In this document: positions 36,187 to 45,989 of the stretch, in pieces
Layout of the letters: every line of letters begins with the position of its first letter
How positions within the stretch are numbered: the first letter of the stretch is position 1
Assembly (NCBI GenBank): GCA_036375975.1
Contig: DASVBF010000141.1
Span: 1,703 to 65,702, forward strand
Source: Nocardioidaceae bacterium
GTDB taxonomy: Bacteria; Actinomycetota; Actinomycetes; Propionibacteriales; Nocardioidaceae
Length of the DNA: 64,000 nucleotides
Direction of reading: 5' to 3'
Made by a program: the position numbers and the translations under genes
The notes under the pieces: model-generated
What the model was told of the DNA's origin: nothing
Database searches by the model: none
What the model saw: the letters and a program-made list of their open reading frames with translations, nothing else

Positions 36187-37308
36187 ATGGCTAGGCTGAG
36201 CCCCATGACGCACACGCCTGAGCATCCGCCGGAGGCCCCGCAGATCCGTCCGGCCATCGCCGACATCCCGGCCTACGTCCCCGGGAAGCCGCCGAAGCCT
36301 CGTGACGGCGTCCGCACCTACAAGCTCTCCTCCAACGAGAACCCCAACCCGCCGCTCCACGGGGTCAAGGCGGCCGTCGCCTCGGCCGTCGACCAGATGA
36401 ACCGCTACCCGGACATGGGCTGCACGGAGCTCTACGCCGCGCTGGGCAGGCGCCTGGGCGTGCCGACCGACCATCTCGCCGCGGGGACCGGGTCGGTCGC
36501 GGTGCTGTACCACCTGCTCCAGGCGTTCTGCGAGGGCGGCGACGAGGTCGTCTACGCGTGGCGGTCGTTCGAGGCCTACCCGATCGCGGTCGCGGTCACC
36601 GGCGCGACCTCCGTGCAGGTGCCGCTCACCCCGGACGCGCGCCACGACCTCCACGCGATGCTCGAGGCGATCACCGACCGCACCAAGGTCGTGGTCGTGT
36701 GCTCCCCGAACAACCCGACCGGACCTGCTCTCACCCACGCGGAGCTGCAGGCCTTCATCGAGAGGGTGCCGCCCCACATCGTGGTTGTGGTGGACGAGGC
36801 CTACCGGGAGTTCGTGCGCAACGAGGACCCTGTCGATGGGCTGGCGCTGTACAAGGACCGGCCCAACGTGGTGGTCATGCGCACCTTCGCCAAGGCGTAC
36901 GGGCTCGCGGGCTTCCGGGTCGGCTACCTGGTCGCCCAGGCCGAGATCGCCTCCGCCGTACGCGCCTGCGCTCTTCCCTTCGGTGTCTCCTCGGTCGCGC
37001 AGGCCGCCGCCGTCGCGTCGCTCGAGGCCGAGGACGAGCTGTTGACGAGGGTCGACGCACTGGTGGCCGAGCGGGAGCGGGTCGTGGCCGAGCTCCGGCT
37101 GCAGGGGTGGACCGTCCCGGACGCCCAGGGCAACTTCGTCTGGCTGCCCCTCGGGAGCAGGGCGGGCGAGTTCGCCGCGATCGCCGAGGAGGTCGGCATC
37201 ATGGTCCGGCCGTTCGCCGGCGAGGGAGTGCGTGTGACGATCGGCGAGCCCGAGGCGAACGACATCTTCCTCTCGATCGCCGCCAAGATGGTCGACGCCG
37301 CCGTCTGA
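36187..37308 (+). CDS. Histidinol-phosphate / aromatic aminotransferase (class II PLP enzyme)
   Basis: Motifs [16 protein letters not shown] and the PLP lysine context [16 protein letters not shown] are present. An alternative ATG lies at 36205. Confidence 0.8.
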   Translation: MARLSPMTHTPEHPPEAPQIRPAIADIPAYVPGKPPKPRDGVRTYKLSSNENPNPPLHGVKAAVASAVDQMNRYPDMGCTELYAALGRRLGVPTDHLAAGTGSVAVLYHLLQAFCEGGDEVVYAWRSFEAYPIAVAVTGATSVQVPLTPDARHDLHAMLEAITDRTKVVVVCSPNNPTGPALTHAELQAFIERVPPHIVVVVDEAYREFVRNEDPVDGLALYKDRPNVVVMRTFAKAYGLAGFRVGYLVAQAEIASAVRACALPFGVSSVAQAAAVASLEAEDELLTRVDALVAERERVVAELRLQGWTVPDAQGNFVWLPLGSRAGEFAAIAEEVGIMVRPFAGEGVRVTIGEPEANDIFLSIAAKMVDAAV

Positions 37309-37695
37309 GCTTGCCCGCTGACCCGGCCAGGCGACCGGCCGACCGTGCTAGCCCGTGCGGGCCATGGTGACCGGTACGCGACGATCCGCCCGGTCCGGTC
37401 GCCCTGAGCAGTTGTGCCTGTTTTTACGGTACGAAACGGACTTCGGCTCGAATTTACTGGCATGGCCGTCTCCATAAGGACAAGATGGTCGTGTGACCCG
37501 GTCCAGGGTGGGGACTTTCGGCCGGATCACAGAACAAACCAGACAGCTTCGTTTGGGATGCCACCTTGGGGGGCCTCGGTGGGGGGATCTACATCTCGGC
37601 GGCGTCGGCACCGGGGGGTGCGGACGCTGGACTGTGCGTCGCCTGCGAAAGCTCTGCACACAGGTGGCTGACCAGACCTGATCCGTGGGGGGATC

Positions 37696-40600
37696 ATGGC
37701 CAGCCAGCTCGACAACGGTCTCGGAACGACCGCATCGCCAAGGAGGCGGTGGGGCCTCCTGCGCGTCGCCATGGCGGTCGCGATCGCCATGCTCAGCCTG
37801 CCCCTGCTTGCTTCCACGGCGTACGCCGGGGAGCCGGGTGTCTGCGACACGAACGCGGGGACCGGCAAGGTGGACTCGTTCATGCAGAACACCGAGCCCG
37901 ACGGGTCCGGTGACTGGGCCAACGGCAACATGAACTCCAACAAGGCCAACCTCGTCGAGGGTGATGTCGTCCCCCAGCGGGTCGAGATGAGCGGGCTCCA
38001 ACCAGGTGAGAACGAGCTCGCCTTCACCTACGACGTCTGGGTTAAGGACAAGAACCTCATCAAGTGGGCCTACGACTACGTCGCCGCCTACCGCATGGAG
38101 GGCGGGGCCCAGATCACCAGGTGGTACGTCGAGTCTCCGGGCGGCCCCACCGCCACCGTCCGCGTCACCTTCGACGTCCCGGCCGGCGTGAGCACGGCGA
38201 CCCTCTACTACGACCTCCACATCGCCTCGGAGCTCGACCACGGTCCCGGCTCGGGAGCCGGCAGCATTTCCGGCTCGCCGTACCACGGCGGCCTGGTCAG
38301 CCTGAACTGTGCCAGCAGCGGCGCCAACGCCAACCAGATCATGGCCAGCGCCATCGACGCCGGCCAGCTGACCGTCGTGAAGGACGCCGCACCGGCGGAC
38401 GGGACCGACTTCCACTTCTCGATCACGCCCGGCGGTGACGCCTCGACGTTCGCGCTCGACGACGACAGCGACGCCACCCTTCCGGACAGGGTCACCTACC
38501 GGGTCCCGCCCGGGACCTTCACGGTGGAGGAGCTGGCCCTGCCCGACTCGTGGCAGCTCGCCGGCATCAGCTGCAGCAAGGCGCCCTCGGCGTCGACGGC
38601 CACCTCGCGGTCCGTGGCTGTCGCGGACGACGAGCTGGTCACCTGCACGTTCACCAACCGCAAGATCTCGCGGCGTGACCTGAGTGTCACGAGCACCGCC
38701 GACCCGTCCTACGCGCGCGACTACGACTGGAGCGTGGAGAAGTCGGTGGTCGGCGCTGCGAGCCGGAAGATCGCCGAGGGGCAGAGCGCGGCCTTCGACT
38801 ACAGCGTGCTGGTGACCCCGTCACAGGCCCAGGACTCGGGCTTCGAGGTCTCAGGGCGGATCAGTGTCACCAACCCCAACGACATCGCCTTCACCGGCGT
38901 CACCATCACCGACTCCGTTCCCGGGGCCACCTGCACCGTCTACGACGCCGGCACTCCGGTCACCGGAACGGTCACCATCCCGGCCGGCGGCAAGGACTTC
39001 ACCTACACCTGTGTGATGGGCGCGGGCACCACGGCCGGCACAGCCGGCGTGGACACGGTGGACCTGGCCTGGTCTGCAGCCGACTACTACGGCACGACGG
39101 GCGCAGCGACGTCGACGCAGGGCTTCGACTTCGGCGCGGTCCGGCCGACCGTGTCGGACGGCTCGGTCACCGTGACCGACAGCGACTACGACCTCTCGGG
39201 ATACGCGGGCGGGAACGTCGTGGGGGCCACCGACGGGCCGAAGACGTTCACGTACTCGATCACGTGGCCCGGAGAACCTGGTGTCTGCAAGTCCTACGAC
39301 AACACCGCGACCATCACCGAGACCGACGGCGACAAGTCGTCGGACGGAGCTCGCGCAGAGGTCTGCGAGGGCAAGGACCTGACGGTCGAGAAGACCGTCG
39401 TCTCCGACTACTTCCGCACCTACGGCTGGTCGCTGAGCAAGGCCGTCGTCGGACCTGACCGCAAGGACGTGGACGGCAACGGCACGGCGACCTTCGACTA
39501 CCAGGTCACCGCCAGGGCCGGGGCCGCCACCGACTCGCGGTGGGGCATGTCCGGCAGGATCAAGGTGTCGAACCCGAACGCCTGGCCGGTCACTCTGGCC
39601 GACGTCAAGGACCAGGTCGACATCGGCGGCGGCGCGTCGTGCGTCGTGGACAAGAGCAGCGGCCTCGTGGTCGCCGCGAACAGCGACGTCACGTTCGGCT
39701 ACACCTGCACGTTCACCAGCCAGCCGTCGTACGACGGGACCAACACCGCGACGGTGACCTGGGACGGCACGCAACACGTGTCTCCGAGCACCTCCGCGAG
39801 CGGCACGGCCGCGGTCGTGGCGGCGAACTGGACGGAGACATCAGTCGACAAAACCGTGACCGTCGTGGACGACAAGACCGACCCGGCCAACCCCGTCGTG
39901 CTCGGCACCGCCACGTGGGCCGGTGAGGGGACGACGAAGACCTTCACCTACACGGGCCCCGCGCTCGCGGGCAAGAGAGGCGAGTGCGTCGACTACACCA
40001 ACCACGCGTGGATCCAGGAGGTCACCAGGGCCACGGCGTCGGCGAAGGTCACGGTCTGCTGGCCGGTCGACCTCGGCGTCGCCAAGACAGCGGCGGCGAC
40101 CTACGACACCACCTACTACTGGGACATCTCCAAGCAGGTCGACCGGACCTACGCCGAGGTCGGGCCCGATGGCACCGCGGCGTTCACCTACACGGTGGTG
40201 GCGAAGCCCAACGGTTCAGACGACTCGAACTGGAAGATGTCGGGGACGATCACGGTCAGCAACCCGAACACCTTCAAGACCGTCACGGCCACGCTGTCCG
40301 ACGTGTACGACGGCGGTGGCACCTGCACCCCGGAGACCCGGACCGTCGAGGTCCCCGCGGCGACCAAGACCAGAGGCACGATCACCCCGGGTGTGGCAGT
40401 CGTGGAGTACTCCTGTGACTTCACCGCCAGGCCGACCTACACGGGCACCAACACGGTGACGGCGACGTGGGACGGCGGCCGGGTCACGGGCACGGCCCCG
40501 GTGAGCTTCCGGCAGGACGGGCAGACCGACTACGAGGTCGAGGTCCTCGACGACCTCACCCGGCCGGGCGAGCCCGCCACGGTGCTCGGGACGGCCACGT

Positions 40601-43600
40601 GGGACGACCCGCTCGAGAAGCGGACGTTCACCAACACGCTGCGGCTCGGCGCAGAGTCCGGTCAGTGCGTGGACTACACGAACACCGCGTGGGTCGACGT
40701 GACCTCCGGCGACGTGGCGCTGCTCCCGCAGCTCCTCGTGGACGGCCTGGACCCGTTCGCCCGGCAGACCGTGACAGTCTGCGAGAAGGCGCCGCTCTCG
40801 CTGAGCAAGGACTCCACCGCGACCTACGACACCCAGTACTTCTGGGACATCTCGAAGGAGGCTGACCAGACGGAGGCCGAGGTCGGCGCAGGCGGGACGG
40901 CACCCTTCACCTACACGGTGGTGGCGAAGCCGAACGGCTCGCAGGACTCGAACTGGGCGATGTCGGGGACCATCACGCTGAGCAACCCCAACACCTTCGA
41001 GCCGGCGAGGGTCACGCTCTCCGACGTCTACGACGGTGGCGGCGTGTGCACGCCGGAGTCCACGACCGTGGACGTGCCCGAGGGGAGCACCGTGAAGGTT
41101 CCGTACACCTGCTCCTTCTCCGCCAAGCCGAGCTACACGGGCACCAACACGGTGACCGCGACCTGGAACGGGGAGACCGTCCGGGCGACGTCGCCGGTGA
41201 CCTTCAGGCAGGTCGGCAGGACCGACTACCAGGTCGAGGTGCGCGACGACCTCGCCCGGCCCGGCACCGCGCCGAAGGTTCTCGGCACGGCCACGTGGGA
41301 CGACCCGCTCGAGAAGCGCACGTTCACGAACTCGCTCGACCTCGGCGCCGAGCCCGGCGAGTGCGTGGACCACACGAACACCGCCTGGGTGGTCGTCCAG
41401 GGCGCGGATCCGACCGCACACGAGACGGTGACGGTCTGCGAGAGGGCGCCGCTCGGGGTGACCAAGGACGTCACGGCCGGCTACGACACCCGCTACTTCT
41501 GGGACATCTCGAAGCAGGTCGACCGGACACACGCGGAGGTGGGGCCGGACGGCACGGCGGCGTTCACCTACACGGTGGTGGCGAAGCCGAACGGCTCGCA
41601 GGACTCGAACTGGGCGATGTCGGGAACGATCACCGTGACGAACCCGAACGTCTACACGCCGGCGACCGTGAAGCTGGCCGACGTGTACGACGGTGGCGGT
41701 GTCTGCACACCGGAGTCGACCTCCGTGGAGGTCCCCGCGGCGTCGCGGACCGGCAGCACGATCACGCCGGGGCGGGCCGACGTGGCCTACTCCTGCACGT
41801 TCGCCGAGCAGCCCGCCTACACCGGCACGAACACGGCTACCGCGACCTGGCAGGGCCAGGACTACACGGGCACGGCTGAGGTGCGGTTCGGCCAGGTCGG
41901 CAGGACCGACTACCGCGTGGACGTCCTCGACGACCTGACGAAGCCGAACGGGACGGCGAAGCTGCTGGGCACGGCCGCTTGGGACGACCCTGTCGAGAAG
42001 CGCACGTTCACCAACACCCTCGATCTCGACGCACCCGCCGGACGGTGCGCGGACCACACGAACACCGCCTGGGCGTCGCTCGAGGGGGACGACCCCTCGG
42101 CCAGCCAGACCGTCACGGTCTGCTCGGAGGCGGGTCTCGTGATCAGCAAGGACGTCCGGGCGTCGTTCGACCGCACCTACCACTGGAAGATCGACAAGGC
42201 GGTCGAGCAGAGTGGCGTCGAGATCAGCGACGGCGGCGACGCGACCTTCCACTACACCGTGAAGGCGACCCCGGACGGGTTCACCGACTCGGCGTACGCG
42301 ATGGGCGGCACGATCACCGTCACGAACCCGAACACCTACAGCGGTGGCACCATCACCGCGACCGTGACGGATGTCCCGTCGGTGGGTGAGGGCGCCGGCT
42401 GTGCGGTCGAGGGCGGCGAGAACGTCGTGCTCGAGCCGGGGCAGACGAAGAAGCTGGACTACACCTGCTCCTTCAGCAGCCCTCCGGACCACACGGGCAC
42501 GAACACCGCGACGGCGACGTGGACCGGACCGGCCGCGCAGCAGCGGAGCGTCTCGACGGGGGCGGTGCCGGTGACCTTCACGGCGACCGGTCACGCGAAC
42601 CGCACGGTCACGGTGACCGACAGCATGACCAACCCGTCGGTCCTCGGTGAGGCGACGTGGAACCGCGAGGGAGCTCCCACGCTGTTCGAGTACTCCCTCA
42701 CGCAGGAGGGCACCGAGAACACCTGCGTGGACTACGACAACACGGCCACGATCACCGAGACCGGCCAGTCGGACACCGAGACTGTCACGGTCTGCGACCA
42801 GGGCGGCCTCGTGGTGACCAAGGTCGCCGACGCCTCCTACGACCGGACCTACGAGTGGGACATCACCAAGGTCGCCGACCAGGACCGCGTCGACACCGCC
42901 AAGGGCGAGTCGCAGACGGTGGACTACACGGTCGGCGTGACCCCGACCGGCTTCGTCGACTCCGGCTGGGAGATGACGGGCTCGGTGACGGTGTCCAACC
43001 CGAACGACTACAAGGACGTGACGCTCGAGCTCACGGACGTGCCCGACGTCGGTGAGGGGGTCAGCTGCTCCTTCGACGACGCCGACCTCGTCGTGCCGGC
43101 CGGTGAGACCCGGACGTTCGGCTACTCGTGCAGCTTCGAGCAGCAGCCGTCGTATGACGGGAGCAACACCGTCGTGGTCGACTGGGGCTCCGGCGAGACC
43201 GAAGCGACGACCGACGTGTCGTTCGAGGTGGACCAGGAGACCGACAAGACCGTCACCGTCACCGACGACCACGTCGACCCGGCGGAGCTCGGGACGGTCA
43301 CCTGGGACGAGAGCGGCCAGACCACCGAGTTCGGCTACACGCTCGAGGTCGAGGGTCCGGTGGGACGGTGCGAGACGCTCACGAACACCGCGACGATCGT
43401 GGAGACCGGCCAGGACGCCCAAGCGGACGTGGAGGTCTGCGGGAGCCCGGTGCCGAAGCCGAGGCCGGGGCCGCCGGACGAGATCCTGCCCGAGGCTCTC
43501 CCGGACACCGGCGCTCCCTCGAGCACCGGGTTGTGGACGATGCTCGGCGGGCTGATGTTGACCGTCGGGGCGACGCTGCTCTCACGACGGCGGGGGCAGG

Positions 43601-43608
43601 AGACCTGA
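37696..43608 (+). CDS. LPXTG cell-wall-anchored surface protein with seven tandem two-subdomain modules (1,970 aa)
   Basis: The G-rich RBS GTGGGGGGATC precedes the ATG. The signal peptide ends in LPLLASTAYA. A unique N-terminal domain is followed by a prealbumin/SpaA-like domain (...DELVTCTFTN). Seven 215-241-aa modules follow, each ending in V.VC. The C-terminus is LPDTG, a hydrophobic span and RRRGQET. Confidence 0.85.
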   Translation: MASQLDNGLGTTASPRRRWGLLRVAMAVAIAMLSLPLLASTAYAGEPGVCDTNAGTGKVDSFMQNTEPDGSGDWANGNMNSNKANLVEGDVVPQRVEMSGLQPGENELAFTYDVWVKDKNLIKWAYDYVAAYRMEGGAQITRWYVESPGGPTATVRVTFDVPAGVSTATLYYDLHIASELDHGPGSGAGSISGSPYHGGLVSLNCASSGANANQIMASAIDAGQLTVVKDAAPADGTDFHFSITPGGDASTFALDDDSDATLPDRVTYRVPPGTFTVEELALPDSWQLAGISCSKAPSASTATSRSVAVADDELVTCTFTNRKISRRDLSVTSTADPSYARDYDWSVEKSVVGAASRKIAEGQSAAFDYSVLVTPSQAQDSGFEVSGRISVTNPNDIAFTGVTITDSVPGATCTVYDAGTPVTGTVTIPAGGKDFTYTCVMGAGTTAGTAGVDTVDLAWSAADYYGTTGAATSTQGFDFGAVRPTVSDGSVTVTDSDYDLSGYAGGNVVGATDGPKTFTYSITWPGEPGVCKSYDNTATITETDGDKSSDGARAEVCEGKDLTVEKTVVSDYFRTYGWSLSKAVVGPDRKDVDGNGTATFDYQVTARAGAATDSRWGMSGRIKVSNPNAWPVTLADVKDQVDIGGGASCVVDKSSGLVVAANSDVTFGYTCTFTSQPSYDGTNTATVTWDGTQHVSPSTSASGTAAVVAANWTETSVDKTVTVVDDKTDPANPVVLGTATWAGEGTTKTFTYTGPALAGKRGECVDYTNHAWIQEVTRATASAKVTVCWPVDLGVAKTAAATYDTTYYWDISKQVDRTYAEVGPDGTAAFTYTVVAKPNGSDDSNWKMSGTITVSNPNTFKTVTATLSDVYDGGGTCTPETRTVEVPAATKTRGTITPGVAVVEYSCDFTARPTYTGTNTVTATWDGGRVTGTAPVSFRQDGQTDYEVEVLDDLTRPGEPATVLGTATWDDPLEKRTFTNTLRLGAESGQCVDYTNTAWVDVTSGDVALLPQLLVDGLDPFARQTVTVCEKAPLSLSKDSTATYDTQYFWDISKEADQTEAEVGAGGTAPFTYTVVAKPNGSQDSNWAMSGTITLSNPNTFEPARVTLSDVYDGGGVCTPESTTVDVPEGSTVKVPYTCSFSAKPSYTGTNTVTATWNGETVRATSPVTFRQVGRTDYQVEVRDDLARPGTAPKVLGTATWDDPLEKRTFTNSLDLGAEPGECVDHTNTAWVVVQGADPTAHETVTVCERAPLGVTKDVTAGYDTRYFWDISKQVDRTHAEVGPDGTAAFTYTVVAKPNGSQDSNWAMSGTITVTNPNVYTPATVKLADVYDGGGVCTPESTSVEVPAASRTGSTITPGRADVAYSCTFAEQPAYTGTNTATATWQGQDYTGTAEVRFGQVGRTDYRVDVLDDLTKPNGTAKLLGTAAWDDPVEKRTFTNTLDLDAPAGRCADHTNTAWASLEGDDPSASQTVTVCSEAGLVISKDVRASFDRTYHWKIDKAVEQSGVEISDGGDATFHYTVKATPDGFTDSAYAMGGTITVTNPNTYSGGTITATVTDVPSVGEGAGCAVEGGENVVLEPGQTKKLDYTCSFSSPPDHTGTNTATATWTGPAAQQRSVSTGAVPVTFTATGHANRTVTVTDSMTNPSVLGEATWNREGAPTLFEYSLTQEGTENTCVDYDNTATITETGQSDTETVTVCDQGGLVVTKVADASYDRTYEWDITKVADQDRVDTAKGESQTVDYTVGVTPTGFVDSGWEMTGSVTVSNPNDYKDVTLELTDVPDVGEGVSCSFDDADLVVPAGETRTFGYSCSFEQQPSYDGSNTVVVDWGSGETEATTDVSFEVDQETDKTVTVTDDHVDPAELGTVTWDESGQTTEFGYTLEVEGPVGRCETLTNTATIVETGQDAQADVEVCGSPVPKPRPGPPDEILPEALPDTGAPSSTGLWTMLGGLMLTVGATLLSRRRGQET
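38674..43440 (+). repeat. Seven in-frame tandem coding modules (645-723 bp each) of the LPXTG protein
   Basis: Module borders fall at the V.VC motifs. A 62-nt identical run occurs at 40906-40967 and 41563-41624. The first 26 nt of that run also occur at 40183. Confidence 0.85.
43498..43605 (+). other. Sortase sorting signal (LPDTG, hydrophobic helix, positively charged tail)
   Basis: The sequence LPDTGAPSSTGLWTMLGGLMLTVGATLLSRRRGQET lies at the extreme C-terminus of the 1,970-aa ORF. Confidence 0.8.
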
Positions 43609-43635
43609 GAGCGGTCCGGGTGCTCTCGTGAGGAA

Positions 43636-43674
43636 CCGTCGCTCCCTCGGTGACCATCGCCGAGGGAGCGACGG
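43636..43674. terminator. Bidirectional stem-loop between the LPXTG gene and the SRPBCC gene
   Basis: A perfect 15-bp stem pairs ccgtcgctccctcgg (43636-43650) with ccgagggagcgacgg (43660-43674). The loop is 9 nt. Confidence 0.65.
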
Positions 43675-43676
43675 TG

Positions 43677-44141
43677 TCAGGCGGAGGCGACCGCGTCCGA
43701 CTCCGCGGCGTCCTTGAGCCGGATCAGGGTCTGCTCGATCCCACGGCGGTTCCGTTCGGGGATGCCGAGCAGGGCCAACACCTTCCGGCCGACGCGGCCG
43801 TAGCGGGAGTAGTCGAAGCTCTCCGTGACGATGGTGCCGCCGTCGTCGGTCGGTTCGAGCTCGTAGCGCCAACGGTGCGCGCCGGTGTGCCGCCACGCCA
43901 ACCGCCGGTCGGGCTCGAGCTCCACGACCTTGTTCTTCATGGTGTAGGGGACGCCGTGCATCTTCATGCGGACGGTGAACGTGTCGCCCTTGCCCGTGAG
44001 GCGCTCGGGAGCGTCGATCACGGCCCCGACGGTGTCGGACCCGTCGATCCGGGAGTGCTGCCGCGGATCGGCGACGATCGCGAAGACGGTGGCCGGAGGC
44101 GCGTCGATGATGGTGGACGCCGAGATCGTCTGGTCGTTCAT
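43677..44141 (-). CDS. SRPBCC-family (polyketide cyclase/dehydrase-like) protein
   Basis: The sequence ISASTIIDAPPATVFAIVADPRQHSRID is typical of SRPBCC/START-like proteins. The ATG at 44141 was preferred over the longer ORF. Confidence 0.7.
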   Translation of the reverse strand: MNDQTISASTIIDAPPATVFAIVADPRQHSRIDGSDTVGAVIDAPERLTGKGDTFTVRMKMHGVPYTMKNKVVELEPDRRLAWRHTGAHRWRYELEPTDDGGTIVTESFDYSRYGRVGRKVLALLGIPERNRRGIEQTLIRLKDAAESDAVASA

Positions 44142-44228
44142 GGCGGAACCGTAGCGGCGAGCGGACCGGGATACGCAGGGCATCCACCGGTCAGGACGGC
44201 CGCCGGCGAGGGCGGCCGTCCTGCCCGG

Positions 44229-45989
44229 CTACCTGGGCGGCTTCGGGATGTGTACGCCGGGGGGCGGCCCGCCGTGTCGCGCGGTGTACTCCCGGACGTA
44301 GGCCTCGACCGCGGTCGGGAGGGTCAGGAAGATCCGCTCCTCCCCGACGTGCTCGATGAAGTCGGTCCCGTCGAACTGGTCGCGGAGGTCCTGCTTCACC
44401 CGTGCCATCGCGAAGACGATGCCCCGTTCGGCCAGCGACCGGCGCACCTCCTCGAGGGCGTCCACGCCGGTCAGGTCGACCTCGATGTTGGCCTCGGCGT
44501 TGAGCAGGAACCACTCGACCGGGACGTCGCTCTCGTCCACCGCCTTGAGCGCCCGCCGGTGAAAGTCCTCGGCGTTGGCGAAGAAGATCGGGGAGTCATA
44601 GCGGTACACGACCAGGCCGGGCACCTGCTTCGCCATCGGATAGTCGTCGACGTCGTGCATCCCGGGCACGTCGGCGGCGTAGCCCAGGATGCCGTCGTGC
44701 GGGCGGGCCACCCGCCGCAGCAGGTCGAGGATCGACAGCCCGATCGCGACTCCGATCCCGGGCAGCACGCCGACGAGGAGCACGGCGGCGGTCGTGAACA
44801 GGCTCAGCACGAGCTCGCTGTGGCGGAAGCGGGCGATGCGGCGCAGCTCCGGGACGTCGACGAGCTGGATCGCGGCGAACACGATGACCCCGCCGAGCGC
44901 CGCCATCGGGAATGCGGCCAGCACCGGGCCGAGGAACCACGTCGTCAGCAGCACGATGGCGACCGCCACGAGGGAGTAGAGCTGGCTCCGGCTGCCGAGG
45001 GTGTCGCCGATGACCGTCCGGCTGCCGCTGCTGCTGACCGGGAAGGCGTGCAGGAGTCCCGAGGCGAGGTTCGCCGTGCCGAGGGCCAGGAACTCCTGGT
45101 TCGCGTCGATCCGTTGCCGGTGCCTGCTGCCGAAGGCGCGGGCGGTGAGGACGTTGTCGGAGTAGCCGACGATGGCCACCCCGACAGCGGGGAGGGCGAG
45201 CTCGAGCATCAGGTCGGCGTCCACGTCGGGAAGACCCAGCGCGGGCAGACCGGCGGGGATCGGACCCACGACGTCGATGCCGTACTGGCTCAGGTCGAAG
45301 AGCGCGACGGTGGCCGCCGCGAGCAGCATCACGATCAGCGGGTTCGGCCAGCGCGGCCGGAAGTGCTGCATCAGGAGCAGCAGCACCAGCACCGCGGTGG
45401 CGAGGGCCGCGGTCGGCAGCTCGGCCTGGTCGAGGTGTGTGAGGGCATAGGACGCCTCCTCCAGCGGGGTGTCCCCCTGGACGGGCATGCCGCTGAGCTT
45501 GCCGAGCTGGCTGACCACCATGAGCACCGCGATGCCCGCCATGTAGCCGACGAGGACGGGGCGCGACAGGAGGTCCGCCAGGAAGCCGAGGCGTGCCACG
45601 TAGCCGAGGAGGCAGAGGAGACCGACGGCGATGGCCAGGGCTGCGGCGAAGGAGGCGTACCGGTCCGGGTCACCGGCCCCGAGCGCGCCGATCGCCGCGG
45701 CGGTCATCAGGGCAGTCGTCGACTCCGGCCCCACGGACAGCTGGCGCGACGAACCCAGAACGGCGTAGACGAGAAGTGCGCCCACGACGGCCCACAGCCC
45801 CACCACTGCCGGGAGACCGGCGATCTCGGAGTACGCCATGACCTGTGGCACGAGATACGCGGCGACCGTCACGCCGGCGAGGAGGTCGCCGCGCAGCCAG
45901 ATCCTGCGGTAGTGCAGGAGGACGGCGAGGCTCGGGGCGAACGAGGAGAGCCGGTCAGTCCGCGTCGACGACGGGCTCCGCTTCGCCAT
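44229..45989 (-). CDS. SulP-family anion transporter with a C-terminal STAS domain
   Basis: The N-terminal motif reads LLAGVTVAAYLVPQVMAYSEIAGLP. Multiple TM helices and a C-terminal STAS-like domain are present. The 5' end overlaps the upstream EamA gene by 35 nt. Confidence 0.85.
   Translation of the reverse strand: MAKRSPSSTRTDRLSSFAPSLAVLLHYRRIWLRGDLLAGVTVAAYLVPQVMAYSEIAGLPAVVGLWAVVGALLVYAVLGSSRQLSVGPESTTALMTAAAIGALGAGDPDRYASFAAALAIAVGLLCLLGYVARLGFLADLLSRPVLVGYMAGIAVLMVVSQLGKLSGMPVQGDTPLEEASYALTHLDQAELPTAALATAVLVLLLLMQHFRPRWPNPLIVMLLAAATVALFDLSQYGIDVVGPIPAGLPALGLPDVDADLMLELALPAVGVAIVGYSDNVLTARAFGSRHRQRIDANQEFLALGTANLASGLLHAFPVSSSGSRTVIGDTLGSRSQLYSLVAVAIVLLTTWFLGPVLAAFPMAALGGVIVFAAIQLVDVPELRRIARFRHSELVLSLFTTAAVLLVGVLPGIGVAIGLSILDLLRRVARPHDGILGYAADVPGMHDVDDYPMAKQVPGLVVYRYDSPIFFANAEDFHRRALKAVDESDVPVEWFLLNAEANIEVDLTGVDALEEVRRSLAERGIVFAMARVKQDLRDQFDGTDFIEHVGEERIFLTLPTAVEAYVREYTARHGGPPPGVHIPKPPR

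Noticed and set aside
37828-38367. A thioester (Cys-Gln) adhesin domain in the N-terminal region of the LPXTG protein.
   Set aside because: The region has only two cysteines (GVCDTN and SLNCASS), and neither sits in a canonical Y/F-C-I/V-E/Q context. They are more simply explained as a disulfide pair. I left this as a check rather than a claim.
40216-43422. A 1,068-aa ORF antisense to the LPXTG gene. Similar long antisense ORFs occur at 1563..3182, 2510..4531, 4308..6389, 13516..15309 and 27875..29689.
   Set aside because: The translations are Arg/Gly/Pro/His-rich nonsense. These ORFs are the expected by-product of very high third-position GC and the avoidance of TTA/CTA/TCA codons on the sense strand. 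In every case the sense strand carries clear protein motifs.
27170-43608. The periodic repeats in the two giant genes as possible CRISPR arrays or other non-coding tandem repeats.
   Set aside because: The repeats are 250-720 bp long, in frame, diverged at the protein level and lack short unique spacers. They are coding domain repeats.
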